Assembly: GCA_903847095.1 (NCBI GenBank)
Contig: CAINCQ010000029.1
Span: forward strand, 5,485 to 69,484
DNA length: 64,000 nt
Direction of reading: 5' to 3'
Origin: an uncultured bacterium
Lineage (GTDB): Bacteria > Patescibacteriota > Minisyncoccia > Minisyncoccales > UBA5738
The translations under genes were made by a program, and so were the position numbers. This document shows, piece after piece, positions 44,515-53,699 of the stretch. The stretch's first letter is position 1. Each line of letters starts with the position of its first letter. The notes beneath the pieces are model-generated. The model did not search any database. It was not told where the DNA came from and was given only the letters and a program-made list of their open reading frames with translations.

Positions 44515-45276
44515 TTAGCATGTTGCTCCTTGGTCTTTAAAGATTTTATACATCGTGAGCGCGAGCGCTGTTTTTGCGTCCGGTATAAGTCCCGCTTCTT
44601 TGATCGGAAGAACTTCGATTCTTATTTTTTCGCCCTTTTCCCTTAGACCGGCAAGCCGGTTATTCAGTAATCCAATATCTTCACCGGCCATTTTTTTCAC
44701 GCAAGCGAAAATCCAAAAAACCTCATCCGTGCCGCCGGGCGACGCGTAAATGCCGGGACAATTTTCTCCGTAAATCAGGGCCGTCAGATCGATCAACTCG
44801 TTGCAATCGATCGTTAACCCGGTTTCTTCCTTGGCTTCCTCGATCGCTTTTCCGACAACGTTTCCCGCGCCGTCCAGCGTGCCCGCCGGAATCTCGCGAA
44901 ATTCATAGTCGCCCGTCGGAGCTCTCGGCTGCCTGGTAATGACCACGTATTCTTTGCCGGTTTCGTCGCGCAAAACAATCAGTATCGCGACCGATCCGCC
45001 TCGCAAGAAAACGACTCCGGGAATGGTATCCCCTTCTTCGTCCCAAATCACGGCGGTTATTTCCATAAACCCGATCCGGCTACCAAACATAGTAATCGAT
45101 TGGATGGATATGATTTGCACATTAAATCTCTCATCCATGCGCGCGCAATAGTCCATAAACGGCTTGAAATCGGTGATTTTTTCCCAAGTCTTTTCCTCGT
45201 TAAAATTCTCATCAAGTACCGATCCGGGAAAAATAACCGGAACCATTCTTTTTCCTATTTCTATCGTTTGAAACAC
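44515..45276 (-). CDS. NUDIX hydrolase, ADP-sugar pyrophosphatase-like, with about 100-aa N-terminal extension
   Basis: 253 aa; GTLDGAGNVVGKAIEEAKEETGL matches Gx5Ex7REUxEExGU. Confidence 0.8.
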   Translation of the reverse strand: MFQTIEIGKRMVPVIFPGSVLDENFNEEKTWEKITDFKPFMDYCARMDERFNVQIISIQSITMFGSRIGFMEITAVIWDEEGDTIPGVVFLRGGSVAILIVLRDETGKEYVVITRQPRAPTGDYEFREIPAGTLDGAGNVVGKAIEEAKEETGLTIDCNELIDLTALIYGENCPGIYASPGGTDEVFWIFACVKKMAGEDIGLLNNRLAGLREKGEKIRIEVLPIKEAGLIPDAKTALALTMYKIFKDQGATC

Positions 45277-45527
45277 ACAATTCCTCCCGGCCTTTCTTTT
45301 TAAATGAACGTTTATTCTTCCTCTTAAACAGGCAACTTATTTTATATATTATTTCTAAAGAATGTCAATAACGAGAACAATAAAAACGTGGTGCCGAAAA
45401 GTACGGCGGTTAACCAGTTGAAACGATTACTGATCAGCCCCAACTTTCCAATCGGTTTAACCGTTTGCAAAAACAAACATCGGGAAAATTAAGCCGGACA
45501 AAAAAAGACTGGAAGTTCATTCCAATC

Positions 45528-45794
45528 TTATGCCGACATTTCTTTGCCTATTTTCTGGTATCGCATGCTCGCCGGAAGCCGCTCTATCTGCCGTGGCTCA
45601 AGAGTGTTTGATTCTCCGCACTCGCATCTCCAAAACGGATAATAGATCGTTTTGCCATCGTCCAACAAATTGGCAACATCGTCCTGCTGCACAAAATTAT
45701 GTTTGTGCATACCTTTTATATGCACATACCACAGGTCACTGAATGCGCCGCCCATTCCACCGAAGATGTTTCTAATCCCACTGAAGATATCCAT
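45528..45794 (-). CDS. small hypothetical protein
   Basis: AAAGGTGA before ATG 45792-45794 (MDIFSGIRNIF...); WRCECG Cys pair. Confidence 0.45.
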   Translation of the reverse strand: MDIFSGIRNIFGGMGGAFSDLWYVHIKGMHKHNFVQQDDVANLLDDGKTIYYPFWRCECGESNTLEPRQIERLPASMRYQKIGKEMSA

Positions 45795-45931
45795 TATTTC
45801 ACCTTTAAATATTAATAACATAAATTATAATTATTGTCAAATCGAAAAGAGGTGAAAAATTTGACAAAAAACCCAATATTTGGTTAAATATAAGCGTCAT
45901 CAATCAACCTATCGGTTGAGGAGGAAACAGA

Positions 45932-46462
45932 ATGGCTGAAAATGGAGCGGATTCTTCCCAAAAAATCACCATCGGTCTTTTCGGTACCTGTGGCGGAAGC
46001 AAGTGGAGAGATCCGTTCATGTCGGAATATAAACGACTCGGAATAAATTATTTTAATCCGCAAATCGAGAACTGGCACGAGTCTTGCGCCGACATAGAAG
46101 CGCAACACTTGGCGGACGATCAAATAATATTGTTCCCGGTGACCAGCGAAACATACGCGGCCGGATCGCTGGCTGAAGTCGGCTTTTCGATCCTGAATGC
46201 TATCAGTTTGGATGACCGGCGCTATTTCGTGATCCTGATCGTCATGGAGCTAGATTCCCGTTTGGATAATGAAGTTGCCCGAAAGGAATCATTGCGCTCG
46301 AGAGCGCTGGTCAAGCAGCATCTTAAAAAATTACGGCTCTCGAATCTCTATTTGGTCGACAGCCTCGAGGAAATGCTGGCCATAAGTTTAAAACTGCACG
46401 AAGCAGTAAGCTTGACCGAACCCCTCAAAAGATACAATCCGCATAACCGGATAAAACTATAA
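45932..46462 (+). CDS. nucleoside 2-deoxyribosyltransferase-like (Nuc_deoxyri_tr2-type) protein
   Basis: 176 aa; GAGGAGG SD; ITIGLFGTCGGSKWRD ... YFNPQIENW ... AGSLAEVGF. Confidence 0.5.
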   Translation: MAENGADSSQKITIGLFGTCGGSKWRDPFMSEYKRLGINYFNPQIENWHESCADIEAQHLADDQIILFPVTSETYAAGSLAEVGFSILNAISLDDRRYFVILIVMELDSRLDNEVARKESLRSRALVKQHLKKLRLSNLYLVDSLEEMLAISLKLHEAVSLTEPLKRYNPHNRIKL

Positions 46463-46637
46463 AAGCGCAAATCAATTTGCGCTTTTTGATTGTCCAAAAA
46501 ACAGCCTCAACATTTGGCTTATTAATTTTATATTTTCCAAATGTTTTTTCGCCAAGCGCAACATGACAACCTTAGCGCCAAAAATGCCGCTTTAGCGGCA
46601 TCGAGGAAGTATCCTCCAACCGCAGGATGCGGCAAGG

Positions 46638-47198
46638 TTAACAGTTTTCTTTGGCGCGCAGCCAAAGACTGACGACAAATCTTTTCCCCGCCTCCGTCCT
46701 GAACCGTGGTATCCGCCTTTTTTGGAACGAATCCAGGAATTTTTCCCGGTCTTTTCCTTTGAAGGTCGACTTCACTCTTTCGATATCGATCTGGCCGAGA
46801 CTATCGGCTTCGAATAAAAGGATCTCATTTTTGGTCGAAAGAATTTCCAGCTTGTCATGGATCGCAACCAGACGGACGATCTCTTTTTGCTGACCTTGTG
46901 AAAGCGGAAGGTCTTTTACCAGTTCGCCGGCCATTACCGCCCCTTTGGCCATATGGTCGCTTTTGGCTTGATGGATCCCATCCCAGTCATTGGTAAACTC
47001 GACCAGGGAATATCCGATATCGTGCAAATAAGCGGCGCAAACCAATACCAGTTCATCGCCGCTTTCGCCAGCCATCAATTCTTTGATCCAGTAAACCGTG
47101 GCCAAAGTATGCGGAATATCCCATTCCGGCCGTCCCGATTCAAGGATTCCGATTACCCGGTCCCTGAATTTTTTTTCGTCAAAATCTTTGGGCTCCAT
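46638..47198 (-). CDS. HD-domain phosphohydrolase
   Basis: 186 aa; IPHTLATVYW ... AAYLHDIGY ... VAIHDK. Confidence 0.7.
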   Translation of the reverse strand: MEPKDFDEKKFRDRVIGILESGRPEWDIPHTLATVYWIKELMAGESGDELVLVCAAYLHDIGYSLVEFTNDWDGIHQAKSDHMAKGAVMAGELVKDLPLSQGQQKEIVRLVAIHDKLEILSTKNEILLFEADSLGQIDIERVKSTFKGKDREKFLDSFQKRRIPRFRTEAGKRFVVSLWLRAKENC

Positions 47199-47694
47199 GG
47201 TTGGACCTTAATTTTTCGAGAATTCCGGACGCGACCTTTTTCGCACCATAATTCGCGTCGATTGAAACTTCGGCCCATTTTTCATACAAAGGCACTCTTT
47301 CGGTAAAAAGACAGCCGAGTGTCTTACCCTTTAAACCGACTATGCCGCGCGGAACGTTTCCGAGGCGTTTTTCTATCACCGCCAGAGGGGTCCTAAGGTA
47401 AAAGATCGTTGAAATCTCTTGGAAGTATTCCATCGCCTTGGGGCAATAGATAATGCTCCCGCCCGGCGAGATCACCAGATTGTTTTTCCCTTTGGTAGCC
47501 GAGATAGCGGTGTCTTCCTCTTTTTTCAAAAACCGCTCCTCACCGCTCTTATCCAAAATAACCTGCAACAGGCAGGCGTATTTTTTTTCCATCAACCGGT
47601 CCGGGTCGATGTGCTTGTAATCCAGCATTGCCGCCAACTCCTTCCCCACGGAAGTTTTGCCGGATCCCGGCATTCCTATTAATGTAATATTCAT
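47179..47694 (-). CDS. aroK: shikimate kinase family protein
   Basis: 171 aa; NITLIGMPGSGKTSVGKELA ... DPD ... SGEERFLKKEE ... ISPGGS. Confidence 0.7.
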   Translation of the reverse strand: MNITLIGMPGSGKTSVGKELAAMLDYKHIDPDRLMEKKYACLLQVILDKSGEERFLKKEEDTAISATKGKNNLVISPGGSIIYCPKAMEYFQEISTIFYLRTPLAVIEKRLGNVPRGIVGLKGKTLGCLFTERVPLYEKWAEVSIDANYGAKKVASGILEKLRSNHGAQRF

Positions 47695-47811
47695 AAATGG
47701 TTCGTGTAACCCATACTACACGCATTCTCTTCAAAAAAGCAATACATGGCAACAACAAATGCGCGGCAGACCGCCGCGAGGCAAAATGGCAACGGGCTAT
47801 TTCCCCGAAAG

Positions 47812-48366
47812 CTAAAGCAATTTTCTTGGTTGCAGCAAAATTCCGAAGAACGAGACCAAAGCCAGCGATCCCATACAGATAAAAAGCCACCGAAAACCAA
47901 AAATTGAAACAATACAACCGCCGGCGATCACGCCAGCGGCCGTCAACATATTTGAAACGATCAACCAGGATGAATATTCCCGGATATGTTTCCCAAAGTC
48001 CAAATTTTCGGCAAAGATCGCGTTGAACGCAGGCGATCCGGCGGCCTCGCCCAGCCCCAGCAGTATCTGCAATAAGATCAGCTGGAAAATATTGCCGATG
48101 GCGATATATAAGAACCAAGCGATCGCTCTTATCAAAAATCCCGCCATCAGCAAATATTCCTTTTCTTTGACAAGATCCCCTTTTTTTAAAACCGCGTAAG
48201 TGAAGATTCCGGTTGCCATCAGGCCAACCGCCCACGTTGCGCAAATGGAAAAAATGTTTTTATCCAGCATCCCCACGTACACGGCATAAAGCGGACCAAG
48301 CAGATTGGACGCAAAAATAAAAATCCCGTTATAGATAAATAGCACTTTTAAAGATTTATTCTTCAT
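47812..48366 (-). CDS. half-size (6-TM) MFS-like membrane protein, possibly truncated
   Basis: start taken at MKNKSLKV (48364-48366); six hydrophobic helices only; 117 nt later aroK begins. Confidence 0.5.
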   Translation of the reverse strand: MKNKSLKVLFIYNGIFIFASNLLGPLYAVYVGMLDKNIFSICATWAVGLMATGIFTYAVLKKGDLVKEKEYLLMAGFLIRAIAWFLYIAIGNIFQLILLQILLGLGEAAGSPAFNAIFAENLDFGKHIREYSSWLIVSNMLTAAGVIAGGCIVSIFGFRWLFICMGSLALVSFFGILLQPRKLL

Positions 48367-48827
48367 CGTAAAAACTTGTCTTATGAAATTTCTCCACAAA
48401 CCACTGTTTGATTATAAACATCCCGAAGCCCGAAACACCCTGGATCAGCGGCTTTATTCGCGATAAAAATATAATCCGGAAAAAAGCTTTTGCGTTATTT
48501 AATCCTAACACTTTTAAAAAACGCGGAAAACAAAGATGGATCTTCCCATTCCCGGTTTTTGGTAAAAAAAACCGGGCAAACACCCGAGTTCTTCGAAAAG
48601 CGGACCTTGCCGCCTTCGTTCAAAATAACTTGCAATAGCCAATGGACCGTGGATTCTCCGGTTATCGGCTATGTTCCCGCCAGCGACAGGACACGTGAAA
48701 ACATACCGCATGACGCACCCCGTAAAACGATATTCAGAACAGAATCAATGACCGGATATAACTACAATACACGAGCTAAAATCCGAAAAAAACCAAAAAA
48801 AAGCGGCCATGATGTTTGCCGCCTTGC

Positions 48828-49487
48828 TCATAAAAGCGCTTCGAGTCTTTGTTCCAATCTATGCACTGCGTCATCGTACCCGCCTTGCTCGTAATCCTCA
48901 CCAGGAAGAGCAAAGATACTCAGCCAAGCAGCTTGCTCGCCAAACCATGCCGCCCGTTTAATATTCTCTTCCCCTCCAATATCTAAATATTCATGGGCTT
49001 TTCCGACCATTCCGCTCTTCAATGTTTTTTTGGCCGCAATCACCCGTTCATTCTCTTTAGACACACCGGTATACAGCAACATCTTGGCAATACTGTACCA
49101 TAGACAAGCGCGGACCAGTAAGTCATCGCTTGTTTTTTGAAGCGACTCTTCCAAACCAGTCAATACTTTATCGGATAATCCTTCATACTGGCCACCCAAA
49201 TCAGCCGTTGTCCACAACGCCACAACCTGAATGGCTAACCAAGCCGCTTTCTCTAAGCCTTTCTCCTCATCCCCGAGGCATCTGCTTATCTCATCAACCA
49301 CGGGAACAATCAACTTTTTGCCTGCCTCAGCCAACTGTTTTTTTGAATTCTTGGAACCCTCCATTTCAGCCATTTTCTGCGCATTCTTATACTGCAGAAC
49401 TAACAGCTGCACCGAAGCCGTTCCCGAATTCAAAAGCTCGTTTAAACGACGCAGCGAGACTTCAAAATTACTTTTACCCGACATCAT
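48828..49487 (-). CDS. hypothetical helical protein
   Basis: 219-aa ORF with terminator hairpin at about 48797-48825. Confidence 0.55.
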   Translation of the reverse strand: MMSGKSNFEVSLRRLNELLNSGTASVQLLVLQYKNAQKMAEMEGSKNSKKQLAEAGKKLIVPVVDEISRCLGDEEKGLEKAAWLAIQVVALWTTADLGGQYEGLSDKVLTGLEESLQKTSDDLLVRACLWYSIAKMLLYTGVSKENERVIAAKKTLKSGMVGKAHEYLDIGGEENIKRAAWFGEQAAWLSIFALPGEDYEQGGYDDAVHRLEQRLEALL

Positions 49488-49611
49488 TTCACCTTAAAAT
49501 ATAATAACTCATTTAAAATGTTTTGTCAAGGTATGAGAGACCTCAGCAAATCAAACTTAGATGTCGCCGAGGGCCTGCAGTGCATTATGTTATAGCTAGC
49601 TTGGCGGATAC

Positions 49612-49643
49612 AAAAACGAGTTCGCTTTTGGCGAACTTGTTTT
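49612..49643 (-). terminator. intrinsic terminator of tRNA cluster
   Basis: aacgagttcgc-ttttg-gcgaacttgtt with T-run on minus strand. Confidence 0.7.
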
Positions 49644-49664
49644 GCCCGAGACTCTACTGCTCTG

Positions 49665-49739
49665 CGGACCCGACGGGAGTTGAACCCGTGATCTCCTCCG
49701 TGACAGGGAGGCGTGTTAACCAGGCTACACTACGAGTCC
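49665..49739 (-). tRNA. tRNA-Asp (GTC)
   Basis: hand-folded cloverleaf: GGACTCG acceptor, anticodon arm CCTCC-CTGTCAC-GGAGG, T arm ACGGG-TTCAACT-CCCGT; 75 nt, no encoded CCA. Confidence 0.9.
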
Positions 49740-49854
49740 AAAATTTTAATGACAGTAACTTGCTACCTTAAAATCGGTCCCAGCGCAATATTCCTCGGCG
49801 GCATGTCAATAAAATCCGCCCTGGGTAGCTCAGCGTCCCTCGCACCACATTGCG

Positions 49855-49929
49855 TGGTGCCGACGGCTGGGATCGAACCAGCGACCTCGGCCTTATGAAG
49901 ACCTCGCTCTACCGCTGAGCTACGCCGGC
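49855..49929 (-). tRNA. tRNA with CAT anticodon, elongator Met (or Ile2 if lysidine-modified), CCA encoded
   Basis: GCCGGCG acceptor, D arm GCTC-AGCGGTA-GAGC, anticodon loop TTCATAA, T arm GCTGG-TTCGATC-CCAGC, 3' ACCA. Confidence 0.85.
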
Positions 49930-50039
49930 AAAAAATTCTTACGAAAATTTTTCCGCTAACTACGGGCCGCGCGCCAAATACAAATTTGTAGCTTGCCCGA
50001 TTAATTTGCAGTTAGGAAAATTTTGCTACGCAAAATTTG

Positions 50040-50110
50040 TTGCGGGGCCTGGAATTGCACCAGGGCCTCCAGCTTATGAGACTGGTGAGATACTACTTCT
50101 CTACCCCGCG
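50040..50110 (-). tRNA. initiator-like tRNA-Met (CAT) with atypical D and T loops
   Basis: CGCGGGG/CCCCGCA acceptor gives C1xA72 mismatch, A11:T24 pair, loop CTCATAA; but D loop AGTAGTA lacks GG, T loop TGCAATT lacks TTC, anticodon stem lacks three G:C pairs. Confidence 0.6.
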
Positions 50111-50235
50111 ATAGACGAAACTGTGGACAAACATAAGTATACAACAATTCAAACAAAAAAACCAGAGTGATCGGTCCGCTCTCTTGTATCACGTTTAAGT
50201 TTTAACTGAAATCAAGCAACTTGTCAAACAAATCG

Positions 50236-50751
50236 CTAGAACGCGTCCAACTCCGTTAACGCCCGTTCGAATTCCGCGATTATCCTTTTGGCATCGGACT
50301 GCGTCAAATGATAGCTTGTATCGTAGACCAAATTCTGGTAAATCTGGTCGGCTTCCTTGAGAAGCTGAAGCTCCTTAAAAACTTCGGGTTTTACACGTTC
50401 CAGTTTTTCGCTCAAATTCTTCCCCTCGTAGCCCAGGCGCTTCATCACGTCGTTCAACAGAAGATCCGCTTCGATCACCGATAGCTTATACTCGGTCTCG
50501 AGTTCGCTTTCCAGGCGCTGAAGGATCTTCATCCAGTTTTTATCAATCCTTTTGATGATGTAGGGGCGGAAAGTGAAAAATTCCATCCAATCCCAGATGA
50601 TCAGCCTTTTCAGCCAAGGCGTGGTAACCCAGACGTAAATGATGAAAATAATAATGGAAGCGGAAACCAAAATAAAAAAGATCTTTGCCGCCAAAAGCCA
50701 GCCCACCATCGGCGGAAACAAAATGGCATTTATCTTTGCTTGTGTAAGCAT
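50236..50751 (-). CDS. membrane-anchored hypothetical protein
   Basis: 171 aa; N-terminal TM segments then helical domain. Confidence 0.55.
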   Translation of the reverse strand: MLTQAKINAILFPPMVGWLLAAKIFFILVSASIIIFIIYVWVTTPWLKRLIIWDWMEFFTFRPYIIKRIDKNWMKILQRLESELETEYKLSVIEADLLLNDVMKRLGYEGKNLSEKLERVKPEVFKELQLLKEADQIYQNLVYDTSYHLTQSDAKRIIAEFERALTELDAF

Positions 50752-50760
50752 TGTTTAGGT

Positions 50761-52179
50761 CTATTCTTCAAGGTCCTTGGCTATGGCAAAAATCTTTGCT
50801 TCCTCGAAGGGTTTGGCAATCACCTGCAAACCGACCGGTAGCTCCCCGATCTTTCCGCAAGGAATCGAAATCGCCGGGATACCGGCCAAATTAACGGACA
50901 CGGTGAAAATATCGGACAAATACATTTGCAACGGATCCTGGGTCTTCTCCCCGATCTTGAAAGCCAAACTTGGAGAAGTGGGCGTAAAAATAGCATCGAC
51001 TCTTTGGAACGCCTCGTCAAAATCCTGTTTGATAAGCGCCCGAACCTTTTGGGCACGCAAATAGTAAGCGTCGTAATAACCGGCCGAAAGGACGTAAGTA
51101 CCCAGCATGATACGGCGTCGCACCTCGGCCCCGAAACCTTCGCCCCGGCTCTGCAGGTAAATTTCCAGCAAGTTTTTAGCCTTCTTGGCAGAATAGCCGT
51201 AGCGGATCCCGTCAAACCGCGCGAGGTTAGCGCTCGCTTCCGACGTTGCCACGATGTAATAACACGCCAGGGCGTATTCGGTATGAGGCAGGCTTATTTC
51301 TTCGATCTTATGGCCAAGACTTTCGTATTGGCTGATCTTGCCCCTTATAATTTTTTCAATTTGAGGGTCGATCCCTTCGATGAAGTATTCCCTGGGAACG
51401 CCGATAGTGAATTTCTTATTCGAATAATCCTGAGTCGATTCTATTTCGCATGACGTGCTATCCAGCGGATCACGGCCCGAAATCGCGTTAAAAACGATCC
51501 GGGCATCCTCAACGGTTTTAGCCAGCGGCCCGATCTGATCCAAGCTCGACGCGTAAGCCATCAATCCATAACGCGAAACCGCGCCGTAGGTTGGCTTCAA
51601 CCCCACCACGCCACAACAAAAAGCCGGCTGCCTGATCGATCCGCCGGTATCGGAACCCAAGGCGTAAACAGTCTGGTTGGCAGCGACCGCCGCGGCCGAA
51701 CCGCCCGACGATCCTCCGGGAACGCGCTCAAGATCCCGCGGATTATGGGTTATACCGAACGCCGAGTTTTCCGTCGAGCTCCCCATGGCAAATTCATCCA
51801 TGTTCGTCTTGCCAAGGATTACCGCGCCCAAGTCTTTCAATTTTTTGACCACCGTGGCGTCATAAGGCGCAACGTAATTTTCCAAGATCTTGGACGCTGA
51901 CGTGCATTTTACGCCATCAACCATCATATTGTCCTTGATGGCGCAAGGTATGCCCGCCAGAAGCGGCAAGTAAGCGCCTCCGGCTATCAATTCATCAACC
52001 GCCTTGGACTGGGCCAACGCCAAATCTTCGGTGATAGTCAAAAAAGCGAAAATATTTTTATTCTCTTTCTTGATGATTTCCAAATGCGTTTTGGCCAGCT
52101 CACAGGCGGAAAATTCTTTTTTTACCAGGCCTTCATGCGCTTCTTTGATCGTAAGTGATTCGTTTGTCATACTATTCAT
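50761..52179 (-). CDS. gatA: Asp/Glu-tRNA amidotransferase subunit A
   Basis: 472 aa; amidase signature GGSSGGSAAAVA, overlaps gatC by 4 nt. Confidence 0.92.
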   Translation of the reverse strand: MNSMTNESLTIKEAHEGLVKKEFSACELAKTHLEIIKKENKNIFAFLTITEDLALAQSKAVDELIAGGAYLPLLAGIPCAIKDNMMVDGVKCTSASKILENYVAPYDATVVKKLKDLGAVILGKTNMDEFAMGSSTENSAFGITHNPRDLERVPGGSSGGSAAAVAANQTVYALGSDTGGSIRQPAFCCGVVGLKPTYGAVSRYGLMAYASSLDQIGPLAKTVEDARIVFNAISGRDPLDSTSCEIESTQDYSNKKFTIGVPREYFIEGIDPQIEKIIRGKISQYESLGHKIEEISLPHTEYALACYYIVATSEASANLARFDGIRYGYSAKKAKNLLEIYLQSRGEGFGAEVRRRIMLGTYVLSAGYYDAYYLRAQKVRALIKQDFDEAFQRVDAIFTPTSPSLAFKIGEKTQDPLQMYLSDIFTVSVNLAGIPAISIPCGKIGELPVGLQVIAKPFEEAKIFAIAKDLEE

Positions 52180-52466
52180 TCAAAAACGGACTTAACTTTC
52201 AAATAACCATCCTTTTGATCGGGCATAAGCTTGATGAGCTTTTCGGTTTGTTCTTTATTCCGCGGCTTAACCTCGTCGAGGCGCGTAATATTGGACATCT
52301 CAACCGGATGCGTGAACGGCTTGATGTTTCCGGTATCGACTTCCTTCAGTTTTTCGATGTAATCCAAAATAGAGGACAAATCCTTTTGATATCTCTCTAT
52401 TTCTTCCTCACCCAAACCCAGACGCGCCAATCCGGCAATATGTTCGGTTTCTTCTTTGGAAAGCAT
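52176..52466 (-). CDS. gatC: Asp/Glu-tRNA amidotransferase subunit C
   Basis: MLSKEETEHIAGLARLGL... typical GatC start; track start 52487 also possible. Confidence 0.8.
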   Translation of the reverse strand: MLSKEETEHIAGLARLGLGEEEIERYQKDLSSILDYIEKLKEVDTGNIKPFTHPVEMSNITRLDEVKPRNKEQTEKLIKLMPDQKDGYLKVKSVFE

Positions 52467-52582
52467 ATTAGAACAGCCAATAAGCAAGCAAGCTTGCTAA
52501 GCTGGTAAGTTAATTAAGTAAAATTCAATAAAAAAATACGTTAGCTTCATGAATTATAGCAGAATTTAAACATTTGTTAATC

Positions 52583-52611
52583 TTGACAAAATACAATATT
52601 TATGCTATAAT
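52583..52611 (+). promoter_or_regulatory. consensus sigma70 promoter (TTGACA-N17-TATAAT)
   Basis: ttgaca 52583-52588, tataat 52606-52611. Confidence 0.65.
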
Positions 52612-52642
52612 TATAACAGAAAATCGATGGAGATTGGTATTT

Positions 52643-52969
52643 ATGAATTGCGCGCTTGGCATTAATTTATTGGAAAGATATCTGATGGTTGAAATCCTGG
52701 CTATGCTCTTCAGGCTCGGATTCTGGCTTGACGGCAGCTGCAACACGTTCCACGGCGAGTTGAAATACGACCTCGCCGCCCTAATGAAAGTCTGGTCGCA
52801 CTTCTCCGGAAGCAAAGTCCGGATAGAAACAGCAGCCGTGCTGCAGCCAGACTACGCCAGAGCAATGGGTTATGACGTTTGCCCGGCTTGCGGTTGGGCA
52901 ATCGATGGGAACAACACGCATCCCTTCTGCGAAAAAAGAATGCAGGAGATGCAAAAAATCGAAAGCTAG
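52643..52969 (+). CDS. hypothetical protein (108 aa) with CPAC ... C Cys motif
   Basis: ATG 52643 lies downstream of the promoter; the track start 52574 lies upstream of the -35 box. Confidence 0.45.
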   Translation: MNCALGINLLERYLMVEILAMLFRLGFWLDGSCNTFHGELKYDLAALMKVWSHFSGSKVRIETAAVLQPDYARAMGYDVCPACGWAIDGNNTHPFCEKRMQEMQKIES

Positions 52970-53234
52970 ATCCGATACGGACTAGCTTTTTATCATATTT
53001 ATACCCACATTACTTGACACAATTAATGTTGTTCGTTATTATCCGCTTAATGCGCGGAGGTAAGAAATGGTTAAAACAAAGTGAAAATGCGAAGATTGTA
53101 AAAAAACCGGAACCGTTGTTATAGATATGTTCGGAGAAGCATCGGCTCAAATGGAAAAAATTACTTCAGCCCATTTCGCTGAGTCTCCCAAGTGTCCAGG
53201 AAAAAGGCTGGCAGTAGAATTAGGGTGATTTGAA

Positions 53235-53624
53235 ATGGTTAATCTCTTAAAAAAAGCCAAAGTATCCGATCCGCAAAAAATCATCAAACATCTTGCTGCG
53301 AAAAAACGGATCGCGCAACTGGTGAGCATCGGATTTCCGGAAATTATTCTGCAAAGTGGCGATGACGGCGATTTGATCGCGGTAGCTTTCACCAAGAAAG
53401 CGGCCGAAATCTATCAAATAGCCGCTTTAAGCATTACTCTCGAGCGACCGATACTTTATCTCATTGACGGAAAAATAATCAAGATCGCTCCGGATACCGA
53501 TCCGCGAGAAATCTGGAAAGACGTAGGACGGTATAATTGTTACGCCTGCAAAGACACGCTAAAAGTGGGCGGCCTGGAATGCCATAATTGTATCGGACAA
53601 CTAAGCCGGAGAACCAATCAATGA
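53235..53624 (+). CDS. hypothetical protein with C-terminal zinc-ribbon-like CYAC ... CHNC
   Basis: 129-aa ORF; terminator accgcg-aattac-cgcggt+T-run at 53647-53669. Confidence 0.5.
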   Translation: MVNLLKKAKVSDPQKIIKHLAAKKRIAQLVSIGFPEIILQSGDDGDLIAVAFTKKAAEIYQIAALSITLERPILYLIDGKIIKIAPDTDPREIWKDVGRYNCYACKDTLKVGGLECHNCIGQLSRRTNQ

Positions 53625-53670
53625 ATCATTTGATCTTCATTGAAATACCGCGAATTACCGCGGTTTTTTC

Positions 53671-53699
53671 TTGACTAAGAAAATATTATGTGTTAATAA
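53671..53699 (+). promoter_or_regulatory. sigma70-type promoter with extended -10 (TTGACT-N17-TGtTAATAA region)
   Basis: ttgact 53671-53676; tg at 53691-53692, taataa 53694-53699. Confidence 0.5.

Noticed and set aside
47549-48244. A 231-aa minus-strand ORF spanning the aroK N terminus and the MFS-like gene.
   Set aside because: It is out of frame with two ORFs that have recognisable features (P-loop kinase, 6-TM protein), and it has an Arg/Gly-rich composition.
49811-49860. A plus-strand string gggtagctcagcg resembling a tRNA D arm, plus the hairpin gcaccac-attgc-gtggtgc.
   Set aside because: No acceptor, anticodon or T arm can be completed on the plus strand. The hairpin is the spacer and CCA end of the minus-strand tRNA(CAT). 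It is probably a processing stem, not a fourth tRNA.
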